This document shows positions 39,501 through 51,500 of a stretch of DNA of 64,000 bases, piece by piece; position 1 is the first letter of the stretch, and each line of letters opens with the position of its first letter. The stretch comes from Oculina patagonica. Taxonomy: Eukaryota. The notes beneath the pieces are model-generated. The model was not told the DNA's origin and did no database searches. It worked only from the letters and a program-made list of their open reading frames with translations. The DNA is taken from positions 30,442,001-30,506,000 of the forward strand of contig NC_135759.1 of assembly GCF_052425735.1 (NCBI RefSeq), written 5' to 3'. Position numbers and translations under genes: made by a program.

Positions 39501-42500
39501 AAATGACTGACTTTGCTTTTTCCTTTATAAAATGTTCAAGAAATATAACACACTTAACACACGTGCATGATGTATTTGCTGCAGCGGGCTTTGTCAAGCT
39601 AGATAACAATCTCGAACTGATCAACCCTAGCATGCACATTATTCCTAAAATAAACCTCCTCCTAATTCAAATAAACCACTTTTTAAACTATAATATAATT
39701 TAACAACGAAGTTGGTCACTGATGACTATTGAGATAATACGTACCCAAACACCTTGCCATATTTCATGTACCATTCCAGATAAAGCCTTGGAACATTGCT
39801 TGGCTGCATGTATAAAGAAATAATAATGATGGCAGTTTTATTTTTATAAACTAAGAAATAATGGGTAAATCTATTTTCACATTACTTTGAGGAAATCCCT
39901 GATATAAAAATGACAGTGTGGCTAGTGCTAATGTGTAGTTCCATAAAATATCCATATCTCCCCCATGGAAGGGATTTTTTTAAAAGAACCCCCCCACCCC
40001 TCTGGAAATTTCAGTTAAATTTCATACATTTCTTTAAAAATTTTTATCTTTGAGACCCCCACCCTCCCCCCCCCATATTTTTTTGTTTTCTGGAACTACA
40101 CAATGTCAAAAAAAAATTGAAAAGACGCCCCCTAAATGAACAATTAAATCAAGAACAAAAATTAATATAACACGTAATATATTGACACAAGTGACTGGTC
40201 ACGATTCATGCCAGTTATTCTTAAAGGCCGCTTAAAATCTCTTTTGTTCCGGTACAAAGGTATTTATTGTACAAAAATCACAAATCATTTCTTTTAAGGT
40301 TTTATACCTTACTGTTACTAATTTTTGCAGGACTTAATTTTTGCGATTTTCAAGAAAACCGCGACAGTGTTAAAAACAGCTTATTGATTTGACGTATGTA
40401 TGATTTCAAGATCAGACAAGCATACGAAAAAAGGTTCTCGCGAAAAATAACGACGCGAACTTTAATACCCATATATATACATGTAATTTGTTATAATTAA
40501 TCAATGTTACGGTCACTTTACTACATGTACATAATCAGTATCTTGGTACAGCCTCTCTCTTTCAGTGTCACTGGAAAATTAAAATCAGTTGTGCCATTTT
40601 GATACTTACTGTTTGTTAATGCAGACTAGTATTTTGACATTTTTGGCGAAAAGTAAGTTCCTTTAAGGTCATTGCCCTGTATTGCATTGCGCATCCTTAC
40701 TGCGCAGAATTTTACGCGTAATAAGCGCGCGCGCGCGCGCGCATGAACAAAATGGCGGCTTTTTCTATGTGGCTTAGCCCGCGAGAGAAGTAAAGTGTCG
40801 CTTTCTCGTAAAGAGTCTGTGACCTATCAATTTTTTCTCATATTTTGGGTGTAGTGATCTAATTCTTTCTGTAAAATGAAAACAGATCAATTTTGTGTTT
40901 GAAAAATAAATTATCGCTTAAACGTTTACTTTCTAGTACTCGTAGAGGAATTTTTAAGGAATATATGGAATATACAAGGTCTTCCTGCTACTAAACGAAT
41001 CTGGTGACCCCCTTTTTATTTCAAAATTTAAGTTCCCTTAACGTAATAAACCAGTAGGCGAAGTTTAGTTAAAAAATTTGTTCAGTTCTTTTTCAGGGCA
41101 ATGACCTTAAACATATTTTTTTGCCCAAATTGCAAAAATTATGTCCCGAAATTACAGTAAGTTCCCGCAAAAATAAGTAACAATAAGGTAGATTACTATG
41201 AACATCTTATGGGTACCAAACTTGATTTTTAAAACTGTGCTATCCCTTACAGTATCATGTACTGTATTGAGGGTTACTGCTGTCTGTAGTAATGCAGGCA
41301 CAAGTTAATCATACCTGAGGACACGATCGAAAAATCAAGGTCTTTTGACTTCACAAATGGATTTAAACATTCTATTTAGAACAATTTTGCCTTGTGAACT
41401 GCATTTGAAGCAACAAAAGATAGCGATGAGAAAAAATAAATTCATGGTGAAGCAGTTTTCGAACCTAGTTGAAGCTGAAAAAGAAGGCCACTCGAACGAG
41501 CGTTTTGGCAAAGCTCGTTTTTCTTGTCGCTGAAAGCAGATGAAAACAAAATGTAACACAGCGTTGGACAAGTATAGTTGCCTAAAGAACTATGGTGGAT
41601 GAACTTTTTTTCTTTCTTGCCCTGAATTTGATTTCTCTCCAATATCTTTGTCTTTGGAAACTTCTTCTTTGCTTTTTATTGTTACTTACATTGTATTATT
41701 TGACCATTTCATTTGTCGGGTCAGGTAGCCTCTTTGGGTTTTGACCCGAGACCCATTTCTTATCTGGAACACTGGTTCCCTAACCCCTGGGAATTAGGCT
41801 GGAAAGATTGTGCATACAGAAATTCACATCTCCAAGGGGTGCATTATGTAGGTGCCCTTTTCAATCCCTTCCTCTCTTTGTACATTATGTGTATGAATTA
41901 TCTACCACTGGTACCAAAGTCATGGAGTTTACAGAAGTAGCATGATAATACTGGTATTGCTGGTGTTGTCAATTAAACAGATCCTTAGTGACTATATGAT
42001 CAAATTTCACCCCTTGAAATTTTAGGCGTTTCATAAATTCAACAAAAGATTAAAATGGCGTTTTCCGTTTTCAAATTCTTTTTAGTTCAGAGATATTAAA
42101 GTAAAAAAAAATCTAAAATTGCAATTAGGGGATTGATGACGTCATCTACTCAACCCAGTTTTTCGTAAGTACAAAAATTGAATTCTCAGTCATTTTCTGC
42201 AAGAAGAACTGGCAGACTAATAGTTCTGCAGCTGACACACTTACATTTAATACATTATGTTACATGGTACTACTATTTTCAGTCCCCATGAATTTGTTTT
42301 TAATATAATTTTAGAATTTTTAGTTCGGAAGGCAAGACGCCTTTTCTCATATGCTTGTCACATCACGATAAAGAACGGAAATCGGAATGCCAGGGAGAGC
42401 GGGGGGAGATAGTGTTGCAGGTACATTAAAGTGCTCATGAGAGAAAAAGCGACGATGAAAAGATACGGATGTGCATTCTTCAATGTTTGGAGTGAGACAC

Positions 42501-44162
42501 AGTCATGTAAGCGGTGATCTTAGTTTTTTTAGACATGTATTTGGATCAGGAGGAAGGTTAAGAGCACATGATCAGGAGGTAGAGAGGCAGACAATTAGAG
42601 TGTATACAGGTTCTAAGTGCTGTTAGAATTCCATACTCTCCCCACAGAGGTTGTTTTGTTTAACCCCTCTTCCCTTTGTCATTCAACTGTTTTCTTTTCC
42701 CAGATTGGGGGAAGAGAGACTGTCAATCATTGTACCACGTGATTGGAAGTCAAGGTGCGAAAAAAGGCAATCAAATAAATATTCACCAATCCTCAACTAT
42801 ATGAATCGAATGCTTTACCATTCTCGCTTCCTAGATAATATCTAGCAGAGTTTACTAAGAAAAGGCAATCATGAAGGTTTAGGTCGGGTAAAAATTTTAT
42901 TTGATTAAAAAAATTGTTCATCGGCGGTTACATGCAATGTCTGAGACATGCTAGATTTTATGCAAATTTGATCCGGTCACATAATCAAACGTAAATATTT
43001 TACGGCAGATCTCTTTTTTAAACATCGTTATTGTTTGAAATGGCTTTATAAATTATGCTACAAAGAACTAAAACGAAATCTTCTTGTCTTTTGAGGCGGA
43101 CTGTAAACAACGAAACATCCCAAAAATGAATATATTATGATTGCGTGCATGATCTATAATTTGCATAAAATACAGACATTGAATTCCCTTGGGGCCGCAT
43201 GGCACGTTCAAATTTTAGCGCTGTGACAGCCATGCTTTGAAAGAGCCAAATGAATCAAAAAAATTGAATTTTCTTGCTTGGCCAGATCTTGCCTTCCAGC
43301 TTCGTCTAGAACCCGCGAGATGTGGGAACGAGATTACTGGTTATTAGACCAGACCTTTTCCCCCTTTGAATTTCTATGATCCTCCAGAGGCAGGGTATTG
43401 ATATTTTATGGAACCACACAATACAAGCTTGTACTGGAAAAATAAAGAACAACATACATCAAACATTGTCCGTGCACTATTTCCAAAAAATGGTGTCGGT
43501 GGTGGCCCAGTGATTCCAAGTTTCTTGAACACAGAAAACGGTTTAACGCAATACCTTGAAGATATAAATTAATAAATGCATGAGTATTAAAGCTAGTTTA
43601 ATAAATTAATCAAAGCATTATTTTCTTCAAATTTGATACAAATATAAATAGAATCATTTCATCTAAAATTGCTAAAGAAAAAAATAGCATAACAACTTCA
43701 ATAATTTTACTGGAGTGGGTTTTTATCGGTGGTCACGCTACATCCGGTACAGTATGCTTGTCTGATCTTGAAACCATACATACCGTATTTTCTCAATTAA
43801 ACGCCCCCGGCGTTTATTTTTAACTTCGCTTGGTGAACCCGGCGTTTATTTGAAGCCGGCGTTTAATCGGGGCCCGGCGTTTATCAAAGGACTGCAGTTG
43901 ATTATCACCCAAAGGTACATTATAACGGATTGAATAGTTTATGTTGCAATCAAGATTTGTGACAAACAGAATATCTACTTGTTAGCTTGACCTCCGAGAA
44001 AGTACGGTACGTCAAATCAATAAGCTGTTTTTAACAATGTCCATCGCTGGTATCGCACATTTTTGATACATACCAATAAAGCAGGAGAATCAAAAATCCA
44101 ACCAAAAGTGTAACCCAGTGATCGTTCGCAAACTGAGCTATTGTTCGCAGAATGTCAGCCAT
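31167..44162 (-). CDS. Cytochrome P450, CYP3 clan (CYP3A-like), paralog C, complete ORF, 13 coding exons, 502 aa
   Basis: Exons: 44074-44162, 43458-43554, 39745-39803, 38973-39069, 37391-37507, 36333-36421, 34832-34971, 33997-34124, 33539-33757, 32987-33075, 32017-32154, 31610-31775, 31167-31247. [24 protein letters not shown]. An assembly gap lies in intron 4. Confidence 0.94.
32467..32747 (+). mobile_element. Apparently full-length tRNA-derived SINE
   Basis: A box TGGCCTAATGG, B box GGTTCGAGGCC, CORE-like TTGGGCAAGACACTTTACTCTC, ACTTT tail, 12-bp TSD ATTAAACAACGC; empty site in B near 17365. Confidence 0.9.
34218..34590. mobile_element. MITE with CCCGGGGGGTACT termini; related partial copy at ~53478-53690
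   Basis: Inverted termini and internal GGTACCCCTTT repeats. Confidence 0.65.
36516..36570. repeat. (TTA)n microsatellite
   Basis: Direct tandem trimer. Confidence 0.9.
36575..36905 (+). mobile_element. Crypton-like element fragment
   Basis: Frameshifted peptide [13 protein letters not shown]...[14 protein letters not shown] resembles the N-terminus of animal Crypton tyrosine-recombinase proteins (recalled similarity, not searched). Confidence 0.5.
38013..38163. other. Assembly gap (151 N)
   Basis: Run of N inside gene C intron 4, next to a LINE 3' fragment. Confidence 1.
38164..38515 (-). mobile_element. LINE (CR1/L2-group) 3' fragment
   Basis: Peptide LRNLLPPR...YNLRKSR...[11 protein letters not shown], typical of a LINE ORF2 C-terminus. 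Confidence 0.75.
39932..40102. mobile_element. Short MITE
   Basis: TIR TGTGTAGTTCCA / TGGAACTACACA. Confidence 0.6.
40307..41188. mobile_element. TA-TSD MITE containing a nested TTAA element (40667-41106)
   Basis: Outer TIR CCTTA(C/T)TGTTACT with TA flanks; inner TIR GGTCATTGCCCTG with TTAA on both sides. Confidence 0.8.
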
Positions 44163-44559
44163 CTTTACGATCTTTACTTGTATTTTGTATTTATAAAATC
44201 GGGCACGGCCGATTCATGTTTTCATGTTTTATAGTCTCCTACCGGCCAAAAAAGACGGGGATAGCCTGGGCCTGCTACAAACCCGCCGAACATCGCGCGC
44301 GCGCATCATTTCAGTTTTTGCACACTCCTTTTGCGGTCCCGAATCTTTGAGGAAATTGAAATTTTTGTTTGACAGTACTGCATAAAAGCAGTTTATAGAA
44401 CTGAATAAAAAAAAAATAGTTGAAAAAGGAAATTTTAAATCTTTATTTTGCCTCATTTTGATGGGATTTAGGGTTTTCAAAGACTGCCGGTAAACGGGAG
44501 TATCTTGTCTGTCTTGCGGCTGTGGTTTCGAACGCTCTAATTTTTCAACATGAACAACT

Positions 44560-45464
44560 CACAGGCAGACCACCCTGGAAATTACATATCTAAACTACAT
44601 TTCGCTCTAAATATCTCAATAAAGTTTAATGAAACGTTTATCGACTCAATTGTCAGTATTTCTTCGCCTGCGCGGCCCGTTTTTTAAGAGCGCCTTTTTA
44701 ACTGATTTAGCCGGCCGAAGGCCGGTTAAGATAGAAAGAGGCTAAATCAGTTAAAAAGGCGCTTGAAACGGCCCGCGCAGGCGAAGAAATACAACAATTG
44801 AGTCGATAAACGTTTCATTAAACTTTATTGAGATATTTAGAGCGAAAAGTAGTTTAGATATGTCATTTCCAGAGCTTTATTTCAGTAACCCGTATAAATT
44901 TCAAAATTTCTTTTGTTCGTCTCATGTCAACAACAATAATAAACCACGAACACATAGGGTGGCGCGATAGACATCCCCCGTCGCACCCCAGAGAGACGTC
45001 GAAACTGGCCTGCGTCGGTGACCACACACGGAGGGAGCGCGAGCAGAGGAAGACGCAAGGAAAGGGACAGAGACAGAAGACGCGAAGAGAGTCGACGCAG
45101 GCAACACTGACGAGCGAGACAGACAGAAAGGACGAGGGAAACACACCCGAGACAGAGACGGACGGGAGACGGAAACACGACCGTGGGACGAGAGATCACT
45201 GGAGAGGGAGGACAAGCGTCGAGTGGCGGAAGAACTGACAAAGGACCGAGTGAAGCGACGAAGCGCCAGCACCCGAGACAGACGGAATGACAGCTGGGTG
45301 CGAACTCTCAACGCAATCCTCGCGGGAATCAGTATATCACTATGCAACAACACAAATCACACGGTGTAGTGACGTCACGGACGCAAGAGCAAAGTGTAGA
45401 CGCTCTCGGGAGTAGGCGACCAAGGAGGGAGTCTGAAATTCAGGCTAAGGGTGGTCTGCCTGTG
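44560..45464. mobile_element. P-element-like non-autonomous element containing a ~280-bp palindrome (44585-44862)
   Basis: TIR CACAGGCAGACCACCCT (CANRG-type terminus); near-TSD AACAACT/AACAAGT. Confidence 0.7.
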
Positions 45465-46901
45465 AACAAGTGTTGCGCTTTGATATCATGGCAGCAGGCA
45501 TACGTCAGTTCGCTCTAAATTTGTCAATATACAAGTTACAGATCAATAAACAGACCCTCTGTAAAGTAAAAAAAAAATTCGAACAAAACCGCTGCGGTGA
45601 AATTATTACAGTTCTATGCTGATTATAGTAAAAATCTTTAGTACGGGGAGGTGTTTGTTATCGAGTACGTTTAAAGTACGTCAGTACTGCACAGTTTATA
45701 ACACAGGAGATTTATTATCAAGTGTGTTCTGTTTTATTAGCGCGCGGTTTATACGCTAAGGGCATATCGTACTTGCCTGGCAGATCAAAAACAAGAAAAA
45801 TTTCCCTTATTCTGTAATTGCTTGGTACCTAGAAAAATGATACTAAAACATGCAGCAAATGTAAACAATCTTTTTATCAAAAATGCCGAAAAAAGCATTT
45901 TCAAGTATCTATTTTTTCAAATTTTTCTGGTGGGGGCATATCCCCCTAGAGGGCTTGCGCCTTGAGTGCTAGAAAAGTAACCTGCCACCTACTTTCCTAC
46001 AGCCCTTAACGCTTCTTTATTATATACAGGTAGGGTGAAAGGCAAAAAGGGAAAGGGAGGGAAAATAAAAATTTGGCTTTATTATACCACGCAACCTTTG
46101 ACTTCTGTTGTTTTCTCACAAGAATAAAACTTAAGGTGGGCCGGGTCTACCTGAATTTGAATGTATTTTTAAGAGTTTAAAGAAGGGATTGAAGAAAAAA
46201 TAAAAACATCATCAGACAGTTGACCCCCATGCAAGAGCACTCCAGGTTGTCGGGTGACTGTTCGGTGGCCGTCTATCACTTTGTAACTTGAAATTCTAAT
46301 TTTTTAAATCACATTCAATATTTCCCAAACATCCCCAAAAATAACCCCAAAATTTACAAAACACCGCAATACATAGATATATGGGATAAGTGAAGCTTTG
46401 GATTTCATAAAACGCGAACGGGAAATTTCGTTAGGTGGCTGATAATGGGTTTCAGTGTTTCCCTGCCCTTATACTTTGGGTCAGTACTACAATTCTTCTT
46501 CAATCACTTGCTATTACAGTAATGGTATATACAAAACAAATGTCCAATCCGGCATTGGTCAACAAGTTGTGATCATTTTCGTGACAAAAGTAGTTACCCG
46601 ATAAAGTGTTGTAGTACTGTCACATCAAAGTGTAATGGCTGGAAAATACGGAAAAGCGTGCGACCTTCAGGTAATACCCCGCCTTAATTAGTATTGCGAA
46701 AGGAGTGCACTTGGCTAAGTGTTAAAAGTTTATATTTTCTAGTCGTCTAGTTTAATCGTTTATTTGTATTGTGTGAAATATACTTACAAATTAAGATCAT
46801 TATGTCATTAAGTGATAATGCAATCTTGACAACAGATCTAGACTACAAGCAGTCCCTATTTTTTCGAAGAGCAATTTTTTTTCGCTGCTCGCCCCGCCCA
46901 A

Positions 46902-47700
46902 TATGATGTAATTGCCCTGTTCACCAATGTTCCTGCTCACGAAACTATCAACTATTTCAACTTTATGGCACGCTCTAACCTATAGCTGATGACACGCTCC
47001 ACGAGCAAGTTGAAGGAGTAGCAATGGGTTCTCCACTCGAGCCACTATTAGCCAACACTGGTTCATGGCTTTATCGAAGAAACACTGGACGAGAGAAACG
47101 ACCTCCCCTCTTTCTATAAGCGCTACGTGAATGATACCCTGACAATTATGCCTGACCTCAATGCAATGAAGGCAACATTTTCCTTGTCAAACTGAACTCT
47201 TGCCACGTAAACCTAAAATTCACCATGGAGATAGCCGATGAAAACACCAACGCTTTTGTTGGCACGATAATCACTAAAAGTGGCAACAGGCTCGAAACAT
47301 CAGTCCACAGAAAGACCACGAACACTGGGTTGCTCCTCCGCCATCACAGCCATGTTGATAAGCGATACAAAAATTGCCTGCTCGCCGCTATGATCCATCG
47401 CGCACATCAACTGTCATCAACTCCTGCTGCTTTTTCTGAGGACTGCAACAAACTCCGTTCTATTTTCATAAACCTTGACTACCCGATCAATTTAATCAAT
47501 GCGTCGATCAACAAGTTTCTCCGCAGTATCGATAACATCAATGCTGCCAGGAATACAACTAAACAGCCCTACCATCATGGTTCCACTCCCTTTTAAAGAT
47601 CAGCAATCAGCCAATTCAGTGAAGAGACAAATGCAAAATTTGAGCGTCAACATCGAAACGTCGTCGCCTTTTTTAATTTATAACTTTTAACCAAGATGGT
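46902..47700 (+). mobile_element. Degenerate Penelope-like retroelement reverse transcriptase fragment
   Basis: Translates (with frameshifts) to YDVIALFTNVP, EQVEGVAMGSPL.PLLAN, YKRYVNDT (YVDD-like), KFTME, RKTTNTGLLL.HHSHVD; ends in a CGAAACGTCGTC hammerhead-like half motif and a T-rich tail. Confidence 0.85.
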
Positions 47701-48577
47701 TTTAAGTTTAACTATGTTATCGCAATGTTTTATAGTCAAATTGTTCAACAAATCTCTTCTACATAAGCTAGTGAAATCGAGAAATTAATTGCATCTCTCG
47801 TTTGCAGTCACTTTTGTCTATACGTTTAAAAGTACTTCTATAAGGTGACTACGTATTGAAATATTGACAAATCAGTAGTGCCTTATATGCTCAACACGTT
47901 ATGCAACCGTCAGCAACAATATTAAAATGCTTGCAGTATATATACTAACTGTATTGTATTACTATACTTTATTATCATACTGTGAATTTGATAATAAATC
48001 TGCTCTCCAGTGACTTGCAATAACCACTGATTGAAAGTTATTCGTGCAAAGAGCTAAAACCATTAAGAGGAAAAAATTCCTTTGGCTAGGTAGTTGCAAA
48101 ACACATGATTTAGCACACGACCTCTCCCACACTCGTCACATGCAAGACATAGTTCATGCTACCATTTTGGCCAAAGGAAGTGTGTCAAATTCGATTGTCC
48201 GACCAAGAGTTGTCTTGAGAAAGACACTTAAAGGTGTCTTTTTTTTTTAAAGATGAATGATTCCTGCTTATAGTTGCTTTCACTCAGTGAACAAACTAAG
48301 GGATTTCCTGGGATCAAGACGCTTACCACATGCCTGAAAAGGTGCCGTTTTGTTAGATCTAACTGACCTAATTTCATCAGTTTCCGATTAATACCCTAAA
48401 AACACACTCAGTATGCTAGTTTACTAAATTTAAACCTGTTGATTTCTTCCTGTTTCAAAACAAGAAATTCGTTTCTAAACGGATTTCTGAAAGACCATTT
48501 TAAACAATAGACCAGTAGAGGTTAATTCTAGAAAATATAGCTATCTGCTAAGTAAATGATGGTGCGCAATCTTGTTT

Positions 48578-51500
48578 TTACTCTCTTGGGGAAACTTTAA
48601 GCATGATTTTTCCTGGAGGGCAGGTGAGAACAGCACCAACAGCAAAACCCAATGGCATCTGCAAAAAAAAAGAAAACAAATTCAGTGACTTGAATATCAT
48701 TATCCGACCACAGTCGTTGTCAAGCCTCGCAGAACTGGGCATTGACGAGCCTAACTGAGCACATTTCATGACATTTCTACACGCATCCGCCATCGTAAAG
48801 CAAACAAATAAGCTGCACTTGCAATCTGACATTGTCAGTGTAGCGCACGTACGGCCCAGAACATCCAAAATATCTTAAACTTGTACCAAAAGCCACACAA
48901 AAAAATTGGTACGTTAATTACGAAAAACGTCTCCATGAACAGTGTAATGCAAATGCCATGTGAAGTACAACAAACTTACCGGAGCTGTTTTCTCAGTGCG
49001 CTCAAACTTGTATTTCTTCAGTAATCTCACTAGAGTCAGCTTAATCTCCAGCAAAGCAAATCTCATGCCGACACAATTGTGAGGACCATATCCAAACGGC
49101 ATGAATGTATAAGGATGACGCTTTGCTTTCTCCGCTTCGGTGAACCTGTCAAAGTCAATGCAAGGAAATCTATAACTGACAACGTTTTTGGTGGATAAAG
49201 TAGAATGATAATGGCTGAAACGATGATGAAATAAAAAAAAAAGCTGAGATAAACATCAGGTTCGTCTCCTCACCTCTCTGGATCAAACTTTTCAGGTTCT
49301 GGCCAAATCTCTGGGTCGTGATGAATTGCATAGCATGGAATCATGATTGGCATTCCTTTTGGAATTGTAACTCCTTTGATAGTGCAGGTCTCGTTGCAAT
49401 CTCTCTGGAGGCTAAGGAGGCAATAAATTACAGTTCAGTAGACAACTCATGAATCATAGGAGAAAACCTCTTACCTATCAGTACTGTGATGTGATGGAAC
49501 ATGTAAAGTTATGACAAAATGTGAATTTTTTTAGAAAACAAGTAAAAAGCAATACGTCATCAGAATTTCATTGCTCTTTACACAATAAATCTCGATCCTG
49601 CTACTCCAACTTCAGTCTTAGCGTGATGAACCGACAATAGCTCGTTTCTCTTTCTCCATTTTTCTTTCGTATTAGGTGAACCCACCGCTTGCTATAACAT
49701 CATTTTTTTTTTCACAAAAATGATTTAACAAAAGGGAGCAACTACAGTAAAATCTGAAATGGCAGGTGAAAGAAACTTGACTTTCGAAAGCAATCGTTAT
49801 TGTTCCCAATGTAGAGCAGTTTGCACAACTGTCAGTAAACCAGTTATTATAAAACTGAAGATGGAAACCTTCAATGTCCAAATTTTAGCAATCTGAACAC
49901 GGCCGACAGTGTTATTAACTACCCAACCGCATTATATATGCCTAGTCAGTGTTGTATTTCTTCGAAACTTACACAAATCCTGGGGGATAAATTCTCATTG
50001 CTTCGTTAATGACCATGTCAAGGTATTCCATCTTGTGAAGTACATCATATGACGGCGATACCTGCAGATGAAATAGTCATTTAACGACATTAAATAAAAA
50101 CACTAAGAAAAAAACATGTTAAGAGAACATCATCATTTACTTAAAATTTAAAACCAGAAGAGTTCTACACAGAAGTGCGCAAATAGGGAAAGACTTGAGA
50201 CATAGCTTTTCTGTCCTTCTTATAAAAATAGTGTCTCCAGTTTCCAAGGAAATGCTTGCTGTTGTTAAAAGCACCCAACGCCAGACGTTACGGGGTTTAT
50301 TAAATTATAAACACCAGTTTCTTCAATGTAGGAAGGTACCTGCATGTTATCACATTGCTTAAATCCTTGCTGTTTTGTTCTTGAACTCCATTATGCTTCA
50401 AATGGTCAAAAAATTCATAGGCAAGGGGTATTCAAAGTACGTCATCTGAATCTCATTGCTTTTGACTTCTTCAAGTTAATTAAATCAACCCTGGTGCTGA
50501 ATATTTTGACGATAGTTAAAAGAACAGTTGTTTTTTTTTTTCAAAAGATAGTTTGCTAACTTTTAATCTTGTGATGGAAAAAAAAAGTAAGTCAAACACC
50601 ATTCTCGTCCCAGAGCCATTTCCCTCAGCCGACAACATGATTTGATTGCCTAGATTAACAAAGGGAGTTTCAAATCTAGTCAATCAAATAAATCGTTTCT
50701 AACTCTCGTATAACAAAGGGATTTTAAAATGGTTCATTTGATTAGCTGTTCGTTTTGTTTAAATCCAGCCAATCAAATCGTGTGTCTGGGATCACCAGAG
50801 CCACTTGTTTCTCTTGCGCAGGCTCCACTGGCTAAGAGGGACAGGCAGCTCTGGAACCAACACCAAAAAAGGTACACACCTCGTCTTCAGGCCACATACG
50901 GTCAATCTCGTCTTTCAGTTTGTCTTGCACATGCATGTCCGTGGCGAGATGATAACAAATAAAGCCCAGAGTGGTGCTAGAAGTTTCATATCCAGCGAGA
51001 AGGAACACAAGACTTTGAGCCAGGATATCATCATTATCAATTTTTCCTCCTCCTGTTTCTTCTTTAGCATCTAGCATCAATTGCAACATGTCTTTCCGCT
51101 GTAACCAAAGGACGTAAAAACATGGTGTGAAAAATTGAAGAAAGTCTGATCTCCTTTAAAATTGACAAAGATTGAAATCAAGCAGGCCAAGGAATTACAG
51201 AACTAACAATAATAATAATAATAATAATAATAATTAATATATATATATATAATTAAAAGCATCATGGCTCATGGCGCTAATGTTGTTAGTGAATAATACT
51301 AGTGAGGACCAAAAGGGAAGGAAGACAGAATAACGACACTCCAACTACTCTACTACAGTGACACTACTGTCCACAACATCATTACTGGACTGACTCAAAG
51401 TCTTATAAATTGTAAAGGTATGTCAACAAGTCTAAAATCTGATAGCGAGCCGCTCTCTCTTAATATATTTTCTCTCTTGATATAATTTGTGCATTTGAAG

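Noticed and set aside
31167-44162. Calling any paralog a pseudogene
   Set aside because: Exon lengths, phases and splice sites are preserved and I saw no premature stops; only C's promoter is in doubt.
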